From positions 577-64,576 of the forward strand of contig CAZTDN010000019.1 of NCBI GenBank assembly GCA_964611895.1: DNA of 64,000 nt, in the 5' to 3' direction. The position numbers were made by a program, and so were the translations under genes. Below, in pieces: positions 51,476-60,900 of the stretch (position 1 is the stretch's first letter; every line of letters starts with the position of its first letter). The notes under the pieces are model-generated. The model was not told the DNA's origin. It ran no database searches and saw nothing but the letters and a program-made list of their open reading frames with translations. Source of the DNA: an uncultured Pseudobdellovibrionaceae bacterium. GTDB lineage: Bacteria; Bdellovibrionota; FAC87; UBA2466.

Positions 51476-52828
51476 GTGAAATTGCGGCTGCTTGTTTTGT
51501 TTCAAATTGTCTGTGTCGCTTGGAACAGTTTTGCCGAGAAACCGATTGTCGATGGGCCAGCGACACGGGTGCATTTCCTGCTGGTGGCGGACATCGAGGC
51601 GACCAACATTGGAAAGAGCACCGTACGCGACGTCGAAAGATTTGAGTCCCTGATCCGAGGCTACTTTGAAGATGAAAACCATCCCGAGCGGCGCAGCCAG
51701 TTCACTCTGACCAAAATGGGGTTCAGCGGCACCGTTTCCCCCCAGGATGTGATTGCTTATTACAAAGCGGTACAAATGGTTTCTAGCGTGAACGAAGCCA
51801 TTGTTTTTTATTACTCGGGCCATGGCGATTCGAATGCGCGGGGTGGGCAAAACTTTACCATGAGTGGAGGGGTATTGCCTCGGCCCGACTTTCGATTGGC
51901 TCTGGAAGGTTTGGGGGTGAAATCGCTCATCATTTTATCGGATGCGTGTAGCCCCGAATCGCGAGAGACGTTGGCCCGAACCCAGCCAAAGTCGTTTACC
52001 GGAGACTATTTAAATCGAAAAGCACCGGCGATGGCCTTGAGTGAAGAACAGCAGTTTATTTTTCATGATCTCTTTGTGCGGGGACAGGGGACGGTAGATA
52101 TAAACTCTTCGAGTTATGGGGAATATTCCTGGTCGAGCGAAAATTTGGGTGGCCTGTTTACCAGGAGATTATTTGATCTGATTTTGAATAGTGAGCTGGA
52201 GAAGTTGGATTCGAATAGCGATGAGTTTCTTTCTTGGGAGGAGTTTTTCCCGAGGCTGAAAAGAGACGTGTCGGATTATTTTCAAACGATGAAAGAGTCT
52301 GCGCCGGATGATGCGCCGATCAAGGAGTCTAAAGCTCAGACTCCCTATGCATTTACCTATCCAAGCTACCGCGATTTAGCTGGTTCGGTAGCAGGCAGTC
52401 CTCTGCAACCGGGGGTCTTGCAGCTGGTTAGCTATTCGCAGGCCTATGACTACCGTGTTTCGGGGTTTACGGGGCATTTGGTCATGTTTCAGCTTGTGAC
52501 GAGTCAGCCGGTTGCCAAGATAGAAGCTTTGGATGTGGCGATCCGATTCCGTCAGCAGGACGGCACTTTTTTGCCTAGTACAGCCGTGTCGCCCGCTTTC
52601 AAAGCTGTAGATGGAACGGTGGCGGCTTACGCTACCATTGTGATACTGGGCAAAAACTTCAACCGGGGCACGTTTTTCGTTCCCAACCTGGCAATTTTTC
52701 CCAATCCATTGCCGAACGGGACCCAAGTCACGCTCACCCCCGTTCTGCAGATTTTCACTCGGGGGCCACTGCGCCTGATCGCGCAGCACGATTTGCGAGA
52801 CATCGTCTTTGTTCAAAATGATCCGTAG
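51476..52828 (+). CDS. Secreted caspase-like (C14) protease with extra C-terminal domain
   Basis: FYYSGHG and ILSDAC His-Cys dyad; GGLFT; signal peptide. Confidence 0.8.
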   Translation: MKLRLLVLFQIVCVAWNSFAEKPIVDGPATRVHFLLVADIEATNIGKSTVRDVERFESLIRGYFEDENHPERRSQFTLTKMGFSGTVSPQDVIAYYKAVQMVSSVNEAIVFYYSGHGDSNARGGQNFTMSGGVLPRPDFRLALEGLGVKSLIILSDACSPESRETLARTQPKSFTGDYLNRKAPAMALSEEQQFIFHDLFVRGQGTVDINSSSYGEYSWSSENLGGLFTRRLFDLILNSELEKLDSNSDEFLSWEEFFPRLKRDVSDYFQTMKESAPDDAPIKESKAQTPYAFTYPSYRDLAGSVAGSPLQPGVLQLVSYSQAYDYRVSGFTGHLVMFQLVTSQPVAKIEALDVAIRFRQQDGTFLPSTAVSPAFKAVDGTVAAYATIVILGKNFNRGTFFVPNLAIFPNPLPNGTQVTLTPVLQIFTRGPLRLIAQHDLRDIVFVQNDP

Positions 52829-52877
52829 ACGTGGCAAAGCGGCCTGTGGTAACCGTCTGACTTGATTCCGTTTATGG

Positions 52878-52953
52878 GCGGGCGTAGCTCAGTTGGTAGA
52901 GCATCAGCTTCCCAAGCTGAGGGCCGAGGGTTCGAACCCCTTCGCCCGCTCCA
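52878..52953 (+). tRNA. tRNA-Gly(CCC)
   Basis: GCGGGCG/CGCCCGC acceptor stem, TCAGC-TTCCCAA-GCTGA anticodon arm, GTTCGAA T-loop, encoded CCA. Confidence 0.97.
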
Positions 52954-53019
52954 AAGTCATTTGCCGTTCTTTAGAAACATGCTAATACCCCCCCCTCGCG
53001 AACTCACTGAGGGAAAGCC

Positions 53020-54279
53020 ATGCGAAATCTGTTCTTTGGTCTCATAACGACGGTGGTTTTGAGTAGCTGCAATACACGGCTAATTTTGCAGGGGGCCGGG
53101 GCGCCATCCTCAGGAGAGAGGTTGCCCGGCAAATACGCCCCCGCTACGCCCGATACAGAAGAAAATACAGATCCACTCAAGCTTGTTTCGATTTATATGT
53201 CGGGATGGTCGGCTTGCGGTCTAACTCCGGAAAAGCGGACCTACTGCTGGGGAGCGCGTCCTCCAGGGTGGCGAGACGCGGGCTACGATCTACCTCCTTA
53301 TGTCCTCGCAAGTGAGTGGCGATTTGAGTCCTTGGCCAGTACCGGCGATGCTGCTTGCGGCCTAGACATGAACGGCAAGGCCTTTTGCTGGGGAGAAAAC
53401 GAATTCGGAGCACTGGGAATTGGTAAGATAGGCAGAGAGTATAGCTCTCTCTCCCCCAAAGAAGTCAGTGGAGGGCTGCTTTTTTCGACGATAAAGGGAA
53501 GCGGCAGTCACTTTTGTGGGCTCACTCTAAATGACCAAACAGCCTACTGTTGGGGTGCTAACACTGACGGCCGCCTCGGTGTAGGCGATGAACTACCTCG
53601 TGGAACCCCCACCGCCGTCGCAGGAGGAATGCGTTTCAAAACCCTCGATGCTGGTACTTTTACTTGTGGAATAGCTTTTGATGATCGGCTTTATTGTTGG
53701 GGAAATACGGCCTACATTACTGTTCGATTTGGTTCGTTGGCTTCTGAGTATATAAGCAACGTTCCAATGTTGTTTGAAATGCCAGAGAGGCTAGTCTCTA
53801 TATCCGTGGGAAGTGCTAGCGCGTGTGGATTGACCGAGGAAGGTAAAGCCTATTGCTGGGGATATGGGGTGCACGGTCAACTCGGGTCAGGTATTAATGA
53901 CGTGACCAAGATTCCTCAGCCTGTAAGCGGGGGTTTGCGTTTCTCAGACATTCAACTCGGCAGCTATGCAAGCTGGGGCCTCACTTTGGACGGAAAAGTT
54001 TATCTCTGGGGAATGAATATACTCGGCGACCTCAACCCGGCCATGAGTGCGAATGAAATTACGAATGTACCTATTGAGGTTCCGACCGCGCTGCGGTTCT
54101 CTCGTATTTCGGGAGATGCAGCTGGAGTGTGCGGCCTTGAGAAGGACACCGGTTTGCTCTATTGCTGGGGCAATAGCTATGACTCAAAGCTATTTGTTAA
54201 GCAAGCAGCGGCACCTGGCAGTCAAGTAGGAACGCACGTTCCGACGCTGGTTCGCATTCGAAAAGAACTTTTGAATTAA
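53020..54279 (+). CDS. RCC1-repeat beta-propeller lipoprotein
   Basis: LSSC lipobox; repeated CGL...YCWG.N..G.LG. Confidence 0.9.
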   Translation: MRNLFFGLITTVVLSSCNTRLILQGAGAPSSGERLPGKYAPATPDTEENTDPLKLVSIYMSGWSACGLTPEKRTYCWGARPPGWRDAGYDLPPYVLASEWRFESLASTGDAACGLDMNGKAFCWGENEFGALGIGKIGREYSSLSPKEVSGGLLFSTIKGSGSHFCGLTLNDQTAYCWGANTDGRLGVGDELPRGTPTAVAGGMRFKTLDAGTFTCGIAFDDRLYCWGNTAYITVRFGSLASEYISNVPMLFEMPERLVSISVGSASACGLTEEGKAYCWGYGVHGQLGSGINDVTKIPQPVSGGLRFSDIQLGSYASWGLTLDGKVYLWGMNILGDLNPAMSANEITNVPIEVPTALRFSRISGDAAGVCGLEKDTGLLYCWGNSYDSKLFVKQAAAPGSQVGTHVPTLVRIRKELLN

Positions 54280-54295
54280 AGCCGCTCGCGATACC

Positions 54296-54775
54296 TCAAG
54301 CCGCTTTTTGAACGAGATCGATGACTTTGCCCTTGAGCGAAGCTTTCGCTTTTACAAATGCGTTAGCGATGTAGTCCAACTCCTCCTTGGTAAAGGCTTT
54401 TTTCATTTTGGGAAACATTTCCATCTCTTCTTCTTTTACATGATGCTCGACGATCTCTCTCAAGGTGGTAATTCGTGCGATAAACTCATGGGCCTCTGTG
54501 GGGGTTGCGTCGAGCTTGCTCAGTAAAAACTTGATCAATGAGTGTTCCTCCGTACCTTCGTAGCCAATTTCCAGAGTGCGTTCGGTGACCCTGAGGGAAG
54601 GGTAGAGTGCTTTTTCTTCTGCTTCGGCATGATGCGTGAGTTCGGTGCGGAGCGCATTGTAAAGGCGCTCTCGAGTCTGAGTAGACTTTTCAGTAGTTCT
54701 TTCTATCCGGGTGAAGAGCTCACCTACTTTTCTATGATCTGTTTTAATCAAATTGAAAATATTTTCATTCTTCAT
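54296..54775 (-). CDS. Hemerythrin/HHE cation-binding domain protein
   Basis: DHR, HAEAEE..LYP, EEH, HHVKEEE.EMFP. Confidence 0.88.
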   Translation of the reverse strand: MKNENIFNLIKTDHRKVGELFTRIERTTEKSTQTRERLYNALRTELTHHAEAEEKALYPSLRVTERTLEIGYEGTEEHSLIKFLLSKLDATPTEAHEFIARITTLREIVEHHVKEEEMEMFPKMKKAFTKEELDYIANAFVKAKASLKGKVIDLVQKAA

Positions 54776-54787
54776 GGGGTTCTCCTT

Positions 54788-54937
54788 TTACCTACGAAAA
54801 AGTAGTACGAGCAAAACGACAACTAAGATCAAACTTGCGCTGGGGTAGTAACCGTATTGCCAGGCTGAGGAATAGGGCCACACGGGTAACAGGCCGATCA
54901 CTAATAGAACTAACAAAACCAGAAGTATTGTATGCAC
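54788..54937 (-). CDS. DUF3309-like small membrane protein (49 aa, absent from the ORF track)
   Basis: MHTILLVLLVLLVIGLLPVWPYSSAWQYGYYPSASLILVVVLLVLLFRR; AAGGAGG RBS, GTG start. Confidence 0.85.
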   Translation of the reverse strand: MHTILLVLLVLLVIGLLPVWPYSSAWQYGYYPSASLILVVVLLVLLFRR

Positions 54938-54966
54938 CCTGTCCCTCCTTTGTTATTCACCTCATA

Positions 54967-54983
54967 AGCAACTCGCGTGCCGA
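54967..54983 (-). promoter_or_regulatory. Sigma54 -24/-12 promoter for the DUF3309-hemerythrin operon
   Basis: Minus strand TCGGCACGCGAGTTGCT. Confidence 0.8.
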
Positions 54984-55025
54984 CCACTCCTAGGCTTGAA
55001 GGCCTAGAATCTGTTGCGCATTGAA

Positions 55026-55715
55026 TCAGTGAGCTGCGTGAGGATAAGAGAAGCTGTGCGCATTTGGGCCCAGATCTAACAGGGTTTCCACTTCAAAGCG
55101 GAGTGTGGTTTGCTTTGGAAACTGGAACTCGGATCGGCGTAACCCGCGCTCGATCAGCAGCGTTTGGACGTTACGGTAGGGATGGTTCAACCAGGCAAGC
55201 CTCTTTTCCAGGCTCTGCGGCAAAAAAGTTTCAAAGTCAGCTTGAGGTTGAGTGGGCATTTCCGTTGCAGCGAATTGGAGCTCGTTTCGCACCGTACTGA
55301 ACGGGTACTCCTCTACTCGAGAGGATAAACCCGCCTCCACGGGATTGCGGAACACGTACTTATATGCGTGCGAGTAATAGATACCGTACGTGATCAGCGA
55401 CCAGTGGTACCTGGCTCCGAAAATCCGATTGATTCGTCCGGAAACGCGACCGATTTCCTTGCTTACTTCCCTGAGAAAGTAGTTCATGCACTCTCCCAAA
55501 TCCGCCTCGGGAGTCGATGCGATTAAGTGAAAGTGATTCGACATCAAGACAAAGGAGTGGATGTTCCAGCCGTAGCGATTGCGTACGATTTCGAGTATTT
55601 CTTTGAAGATTCTCCAAACGACATCGGTTGGTAAATAGAATGGCTCGCGGTTATTGCAGCGGGCAGTGACATGATAGGGAAACTGTTTTGTTCGATACAA
55701 GGGTTTTCTTGGCAT
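55026..55715 (-). mobile_element. REP-associated tyrosine (Y1/HUH) transposase, RAYT-like
   Basis: MPRKP..YHVTARCNNR, FVLMSNHFHLI (HUH), IFGARY, YVFRNPVEAGL, YPFS. Confidence 0.9.
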
Positions 55716-55726
55716 ATGCGGTCTTT

Positions 55727-55743
55727 AGCAGAAGCCATGCCAA
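55727..55743 (-). promoter_or_regulatory. Sigma54-like promoter directly before the RAYT start codon
   Basis: Minus strand TTGGCATGGCTTCTGCT (GG-N10-GC). Confidence 0.6.
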
Positions 55744-55752
55744 CTCGAGGTA

Positions 55753-55790
55753 GGTACGCGGTACCTTTTCAACAAAAGGTACCGCGTACC
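55753..55790. repeat. REP/REPIN-like perfect palindrome
   Basis: GGTACGCGGTACCTTTT-CAAC-AAAAGGTACCGCGTACC (17-bp arms); GTAG at 55750-55753. Confidence 0.88.
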
Positions 55791-55793
55791 GGA

Positions 55794-56216
55794 TTAAAAG
55801 GATGCTCGGCAGGCGTTGAATAGCCGATCGTCTACTAGGTACTGTGTTTTGTAATAGGCCGCCCAATACTGGTTTAGGTTGGCCAGGTAGTTTTTGTAGC
55901 TGGCGTCCTTACGCTGTTTCAGCGGGGCGATCTGGCAGTCGAGCTTTGCCCATCCGGTAGCAAAGTTTTGATAAATCGCATTGCTCGTAATCCAGAGCTC
56001 TAGGTATCGGCCTTGGTCGGCTGGCTGAAAAACATGGATGCCTTCACTAAATTGATAAACAGCCAGGTATTGAGTCGAGTCGCCATGCACTTGTAACGGA
56101 ATAGCGATGTGTGAACCGTCGACATAGTAGGTGAGTCCATTGAGGGTTGCCGGCGCCCACTGGGCCGAAGCAAGGGTGGTCAAGGCGGCAAAAGCCAAAG
56201 TGAAAAGTCTTTTCAT
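55794..56216 (-). CDS. Secreted hypothetical protein between two REP-like repeats
   Basis: AGGAG RBS, MKRLFTLAFAALTTLASA signal peptide. Confidence 0.75.
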   Translation of the reverse strand: MKRLFTLAFAALTTLASAQWAPATLNGLTYYVDGSHIAIPLQVHGDSTQYLAVYQFSEGIHVFQPADQGRYLELWITSNAIYQNFATGWAKLDCQIAPLKQRKDASYKNYLANLNQYWAAYYKTQYLVDDRLFNACRASF

Positions 56217-56274
56217 TTTCGTTTCTCCTGGTGAATAAATCGGTGGGTTGCCACCGCGGTACACCGGCACCTTG

Positions 56275-56291
56275 TGCAACGTCGATGCCAA
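56275..56291 (-). promoter_or_regulatory. Sigma54 -24/-12 promoter
   Basis: Minus strand TTGGCATCGACGTTGCA. Confidence 0.85.
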
Positions 56292-56369
56292 GTCTCAAGG
56301 GCAGAAAGCGCAGCCAAAACCCCGGAGAATCCTTAGTTTTGTATCAAAGCTGAGATAGTCGTTCTCAAA

Positions 56370-56438
56370 AAAGGTACGCGCTACCTTTTCAAGAAAGGTA
56401 CGCGCTACCTTTTTCACGAAAGTAACCGCGTACCGGAT
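56370..56438. repeat. REP-like cluster: two tandem AAAGGTACGCGCTACCTTTT units plus a degenerate inverted unit
   Basis: Units at 56370-56389 and 56394-56413 (24-bp period); AAAGTAACCGCGTACC-GGAT at 56419-56438. Confidence 0.85.
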
Positions 56439-56524
56439 AACGCGGAGCGGTCGAGTTAAGCGTCGGAAATGCCGATGTTTTAGAGCTGGGGTTCTCCCCC
56501 ACTTTAAAACGCTGAGGAGATTTC

Positions 56525-57940
56525 ATGCGCTTGCTTTGTGTAGTTTTTGGAGTGTTGTCGGCTTCGCTCGCTTTGGCCAAGAGTAACTGCCACTTTGAAC
56601 GGCTATTGCCCGCAGCACCTGTGGCGCCTCCAAAACCCGTCACTCCCCCTAAACCCAAACCCGCACCCATGCCCTCTCCCGCTCCAGCGCAACCCGATCC
56701 CGGACGGCGTCTGCCCGATCGGTTTCCCGATCGCCCGGTGAAGCCCACAACCGATCCCCAAAACATCAACCCGTTTGGTCTGTACAAAGACAAAAGCAAT
56801 GCACGTTTTTTGGGGCAAGTCCCAGAGCCCGTTAGAGAAAACTGGTCGCGGAGCTTCGAGGAAGAGCGCACCCGCTTGCAAGCAGAAGCAGCAAAGCTGG
56901 GCGTAACCGACCCTTCGCAGCTAATGCCCAAACTCTTTCAAAATAAATATAAACTCCTCGAAATCGAAGAAAAGCATCGGCCGGAAATCGAAAAACTGCT
57001 CCGCCGAATGGCGTCAGAAGTCTATGGGGAGGACGCCACGCAGTTCTTAGAAATCCGGATCAGCAATCAGCTCCCCGCATGGCCAGAAATTGAAAAAGCA
57101 CCCGCTTCTAGCCGCCTGGGGCAGTGGTTTGCGCAGCTCAAGAAGCGGTTTTCTCGAAAGGGCAGGCAGCAGATACTATCCCAAAAACAAGACATCGAGT
57201 TTCTGAAATACCGTCGAGAGCTGTACAACATGCTCTCCCAAGCGCACGGCTACTACGGTGTGAAACGTTTTTACTCAATGTACGAAAAAGAACTGCGCGC
57301 GCTCGATCCCGAACTCCCCGAACTGCTTCGCAACGACCTTACCCTTGCCATGTATGGTAATAGCCTCATGATCCAGGGCATGCCACAGGGGCATGTCCCG
57401 CGGTTTAAGAACCGGCAAGCGATGGAAGGCATGGTGCATGGCCGCAATATCACCGAGGTGGCGGCCGAGAGAAAACAAGACGAAGACGGCTCAACCTATC
57501 TCCAAATGGGCCATCGCCGTGGAACGGCGGTAGGGCACAACTCCCACGATGCAGCCCACGAAACGGCAAAGGCCGGGTTCAAGCTCGCCACCGCCTCAGA
57601 AGCTGTTGTGCGCTCCACATTGACCGCTACAGAGCGAAAAGTTCTCGATGAGGCGACCAATACCCCTCTTGCCGAAATTCGTCAGGGAGTCTTTGGGCCT
57701 TATCTCGACGTCACCTTGAGAAAATCCATTCGTGCGTTGGTGCATCCGAATAACAGCGCGCAGCAGCTCACGGATGCGCAATACCTCACTGTAATCGACC
57801 GCGTTTTTAGTGAGTTGCCGCCAGCTCAGTTTAATTTGTTTATTGAAAAAGCAGCGGATCCGGGTTTTGCCGCAAGTCCGGAAGCCGTGGCGGAATTGCG
57901 CAATACACTCGGAGATTTTGATCTGTTTCCAAAGCCATGA
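56525..57940 (+). CDS. Secreted hypothetical protein with Pro-rich linker and helical domain
   Basis: AGGAG RBS, signal peptide ending ALA, 471-aa ORF. Confidence 0.8.
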   Translation: MRLLCVVFGVLSASLALAKSNCHFERLLPAAPVAPPKPVTPPKPKPAPMPSPAPAQPDPGRRLPDRFPDRPVKPTTDPQNINPFGLYKDKSNARFLGQVPEPVRENWSRSFEEERTRLQAEAAKLGVTDPSQLMPKLFQNKYKLLEIEEKHRPEIEKLLRRMASEVYGEDATQFLEIRISNQLPAWPEIEKAPASSRLGQWFAQLKKRFSRKGRQQILSQKQDIEFLKYRRELYNMLSQAHGYYGVKRFYSMYEKELRALDPELPELLRNDLTLAMYGNSLMIQGMPQGHVPRFKNRQAMEGMVHGRNITEVAAERKQDEDGSTYLQMGHRRGTAVGHNSHDAAHETAKAGFKLATASEAVVRSTLTATERKVLDEATNTPLAEIRQGVFGPYLDVTLRKSIRALVHPNNSAQQLTDAQYLTVIDRVFSELPPAQFNLFIEKAADPGFAASPEAVAELRNTLGDFDLFPKP

Positions 57941-60900
57941 TTCGACTGATTTACATTTTGCTCCTCATTGCCTGTGGGACACTTGTGGTGTCTTCGCGCG
58001 CAGAGAACGAAGCTAGGCCCCCCGAAGGGGACCGCGATCCCGTGATCCGATTTCCTCAGTGGATGGAAGATGGCGAGGTGTTATTGCCCGAGGAAGAAAC
58101 CGATGCCTGGAAGCCTAAAAAGTATTTCCGTCGGTCTCCTCTGCTGGGAACGTCCGCCACGGAGGAGCTCTACAACATCGATCGCATCATCCAAAGAGAC
58201 TTTGAGGCACAGGACCTAGAGAAACACTGGATAGAGAACTATACAAAAGTGGCCGACGTCGCTAAACCGCCGGTGCGGGTAAACATGGCCAACGTCGGCG
58301 GGACAGTGTTTTTAGAAAACATATTGGCGTCTGAAAACCAAAAGGCTCGCCGATTTGACTCTATTCGATTCGCGGAAAGGCACCTTGAGGACATTTTGAA
58401 TGCTCTCACCAAGCCTGGCGATCCGCCTATTTCAGTCATTTTTGGAAACGGTTTCCGATCTCGAAAAATAGAAACCAAGGTTGATCTGCTCCGTGGTGGC
58501 GTGATCGAAATCGAGCCTGGGGCATTGGTCGACACCAAGAATTTGAGTGAACTCGCCGCGCTTTTTGCAACGGAAATCGCAAAAATCAAACCTGAGTTTG
58601 AGGCAAAGCACGTGGATATGTTGCGCGATTTGGATGTACCGAAGGATGTGCTTGCTAGCGAGTATATTCGAAAGCGAATTGAAGGCATGGGCAAGGGCGG
58701 GAGTGAAGAGATCCTGAACGAGAAACGCAAGCTGCTCGATGCGTATCGTCTGGCCTTGCAACAAGAACACTACGCCTTGCGCAAGGAAAACACCGACGTC
58801 AAAAGGCTAATGTCCGAAACAGGATTCAAAATAGATGTCGATGGAGTAACGGAACTGCGCGTGCGCCAGGCAGTAGACGCAGTCGATCGTCTCACCGGAA
58901 GTCCAGATGGAACGGGGAGTGAAGGGGGATTCGATCCCTGGGGAATCGTTGGCCCCAAACGCAGTCGTTCAGAAATAGAACTGCTCGGAGCCAATCCAAA
59001 GGGCCGTATCCGCAGTGCTCTTGAGCTGATCTTTGGGCGCGCTTCCGCCCAGAACACTCCTCAAAAAAGAAGCACGCAGGCGATGGAACTCGAGTTTGTG
59101 GAAAAGTACGTGCTCTGGCTAGAGAACCGAGAGCAGGGCAACTTTGCTCGCCTCAAACACCGCGGACAACCCCTCGATCCCAGTCACGACGCCATCCGTG
59201 CAAACGCGCGCTTTGCTCAAAAATTTTACTTCGGTCCGGAGATGCAGGACATCGCCTTAATCGGGGGGATTGGGGTTATTGCCTTGGGTGGCTACATCAA
59301 GGGCGTTGATGTCTTGAGTAGTATTGGCACGGGCGTATCAACCACGTGGGATACGGGAAAAATGGGTGCGTGGAATCTGTGGAGCTATATTTCCAGTTTT
59401 TTTACTTCGTCCAACCCAGGTCCAGCCCCGGTCGAACAACCTCGAGGTCCCGGTTTTCTGGATCGAATAGGGCAGTGGATCTCCAATGTCGGCGAATGGT
59501 TTGGGGGACTGTGGCCCAAGGGCGAGCCCAGTACTTCGAAGTGGGCTTGGAAAGATTATCTTCCCCCCATGCCGGAGTGGGTTGGCGAAATGGCCACATG
59601 GACAGGCAAAACCGCGTACTACCCCTTGGGCGTGATCGAGAGCCAAGTCCTATCGCCACTGGCGGAGTTTGCGACTCGACAGGGATGGCCCGGTGTGGCA
59701 GCGGTGGGGGCAGTGGCAGCTGCGTACGCTCTAGAGCGGTTGGTGGCAGCGCCCATCCAAACGCGTTCTGCCCGTTTTTTTCATCGTTACCGTATAAACC
59801 TGCAGGAGCAAGCGCACCTATTTAACCGACTGCGAAAAGTCGTCAATGCGGGGCCGCCTTCGGTAGAGGACATCGCCGATCTCGCCAAACATCAAAACCT
59901 CGCGACGGAATTCATCGAAGCCGGAAACGGGGATAAGTACGAGTTCCTGCGCAATCGCCTCGTGTATATGGTGCTTTTTGGAAAAAACGCCGCTTGGCAC
60001 CAGTATGCCAGCAAAAAGCGAGAGTATGTTTCAAATTTATACAACCAGCTTATCGAGGCAGTCGAAACGGAACTCAAAAACCAAACCGGAAAAGATCGCG
60101 TTCCCGCCCGCAAAGTCAAAAAACTCGCCCGCCAGATACTGGCGGAGGACTATATCGACCGCGGTTCCAATACCCCGGTGTCAGGGGCACAGCAGCTCCA
60201 GGGTATAGAGGGCCATGCTCAGAAGACCCAAAAACTCTTGTACTTTATGTTTGGAGCATTGGCTCAGAGAGCCGCGGAGACCAATACGACGCTCTTGCTC
60301 CGGCTCATCGACACCAAACTCTCAGAGCCGGGGCTCACCTCCGCTGATAAGAGTGCGTTGCGTGAGCAGTTATTGGCGTTGAGTTCTCTGCCACATTTGC
60401 GCAAACAAGTGCAATCTAAGTACATCGCTATTTGGCGCAAGCATTTTCCTCAAGACGTGTTGGGCACCGTGCATTCCGCCCGGCAGCTCCTCGAGCTGCA
60501 TAATGGCAAGGCTGTCCCCGAATTTGTGTTGCGATTACGGGCGCGGGAGCTTGCTACCGAAAAACTCCCCCCAGCGGAACTGGCCGAAGTGTTGCGCGCC
60601 TTGGTCGCCATGCGGATGCATACCGATGCCGCACGATTCTTGTACAAGCACCTTCCCGAAGTCGCTGCTTATAGCCACGACGCTCAAGTCCCACCAGAGC
60701 TCAGGGCAGCGACGCGCAAGAGCATTGCCACTCTTTTGGCTCAATGGCGGTCGAATTACGAAGAAAAACTTTTTCCGATCAAAGAGGCTGGAAAACGGAA
60801 TTTCTTCAAGATCGCTCTGCTTTTGCGAGCAGCCTATCTCTCGGATCCCAAAACTCGCTTTGCCTTCGGAACCCACCTGCGTGAAGCGGTAGACACGGCG

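Noticed and set aside
52862-53047. 61-aa ORF in the track
   Set aside because: It overlaps the tRNA-Gly gene; spurious.
56370-56438. Tandem palindromic repeats as a mini-CRISPR array
   Set aside because: Spacers are only 4-5 nt, there are no cas genes, and the adjacent RAYT explains them as REP-like.
52878-56440. Genomic island integrated at tRNA-Gly
   Set aside because: No integrase, and I found no duplicated tRNA 3' end in the window; the region looks accessory but has no att evidence.
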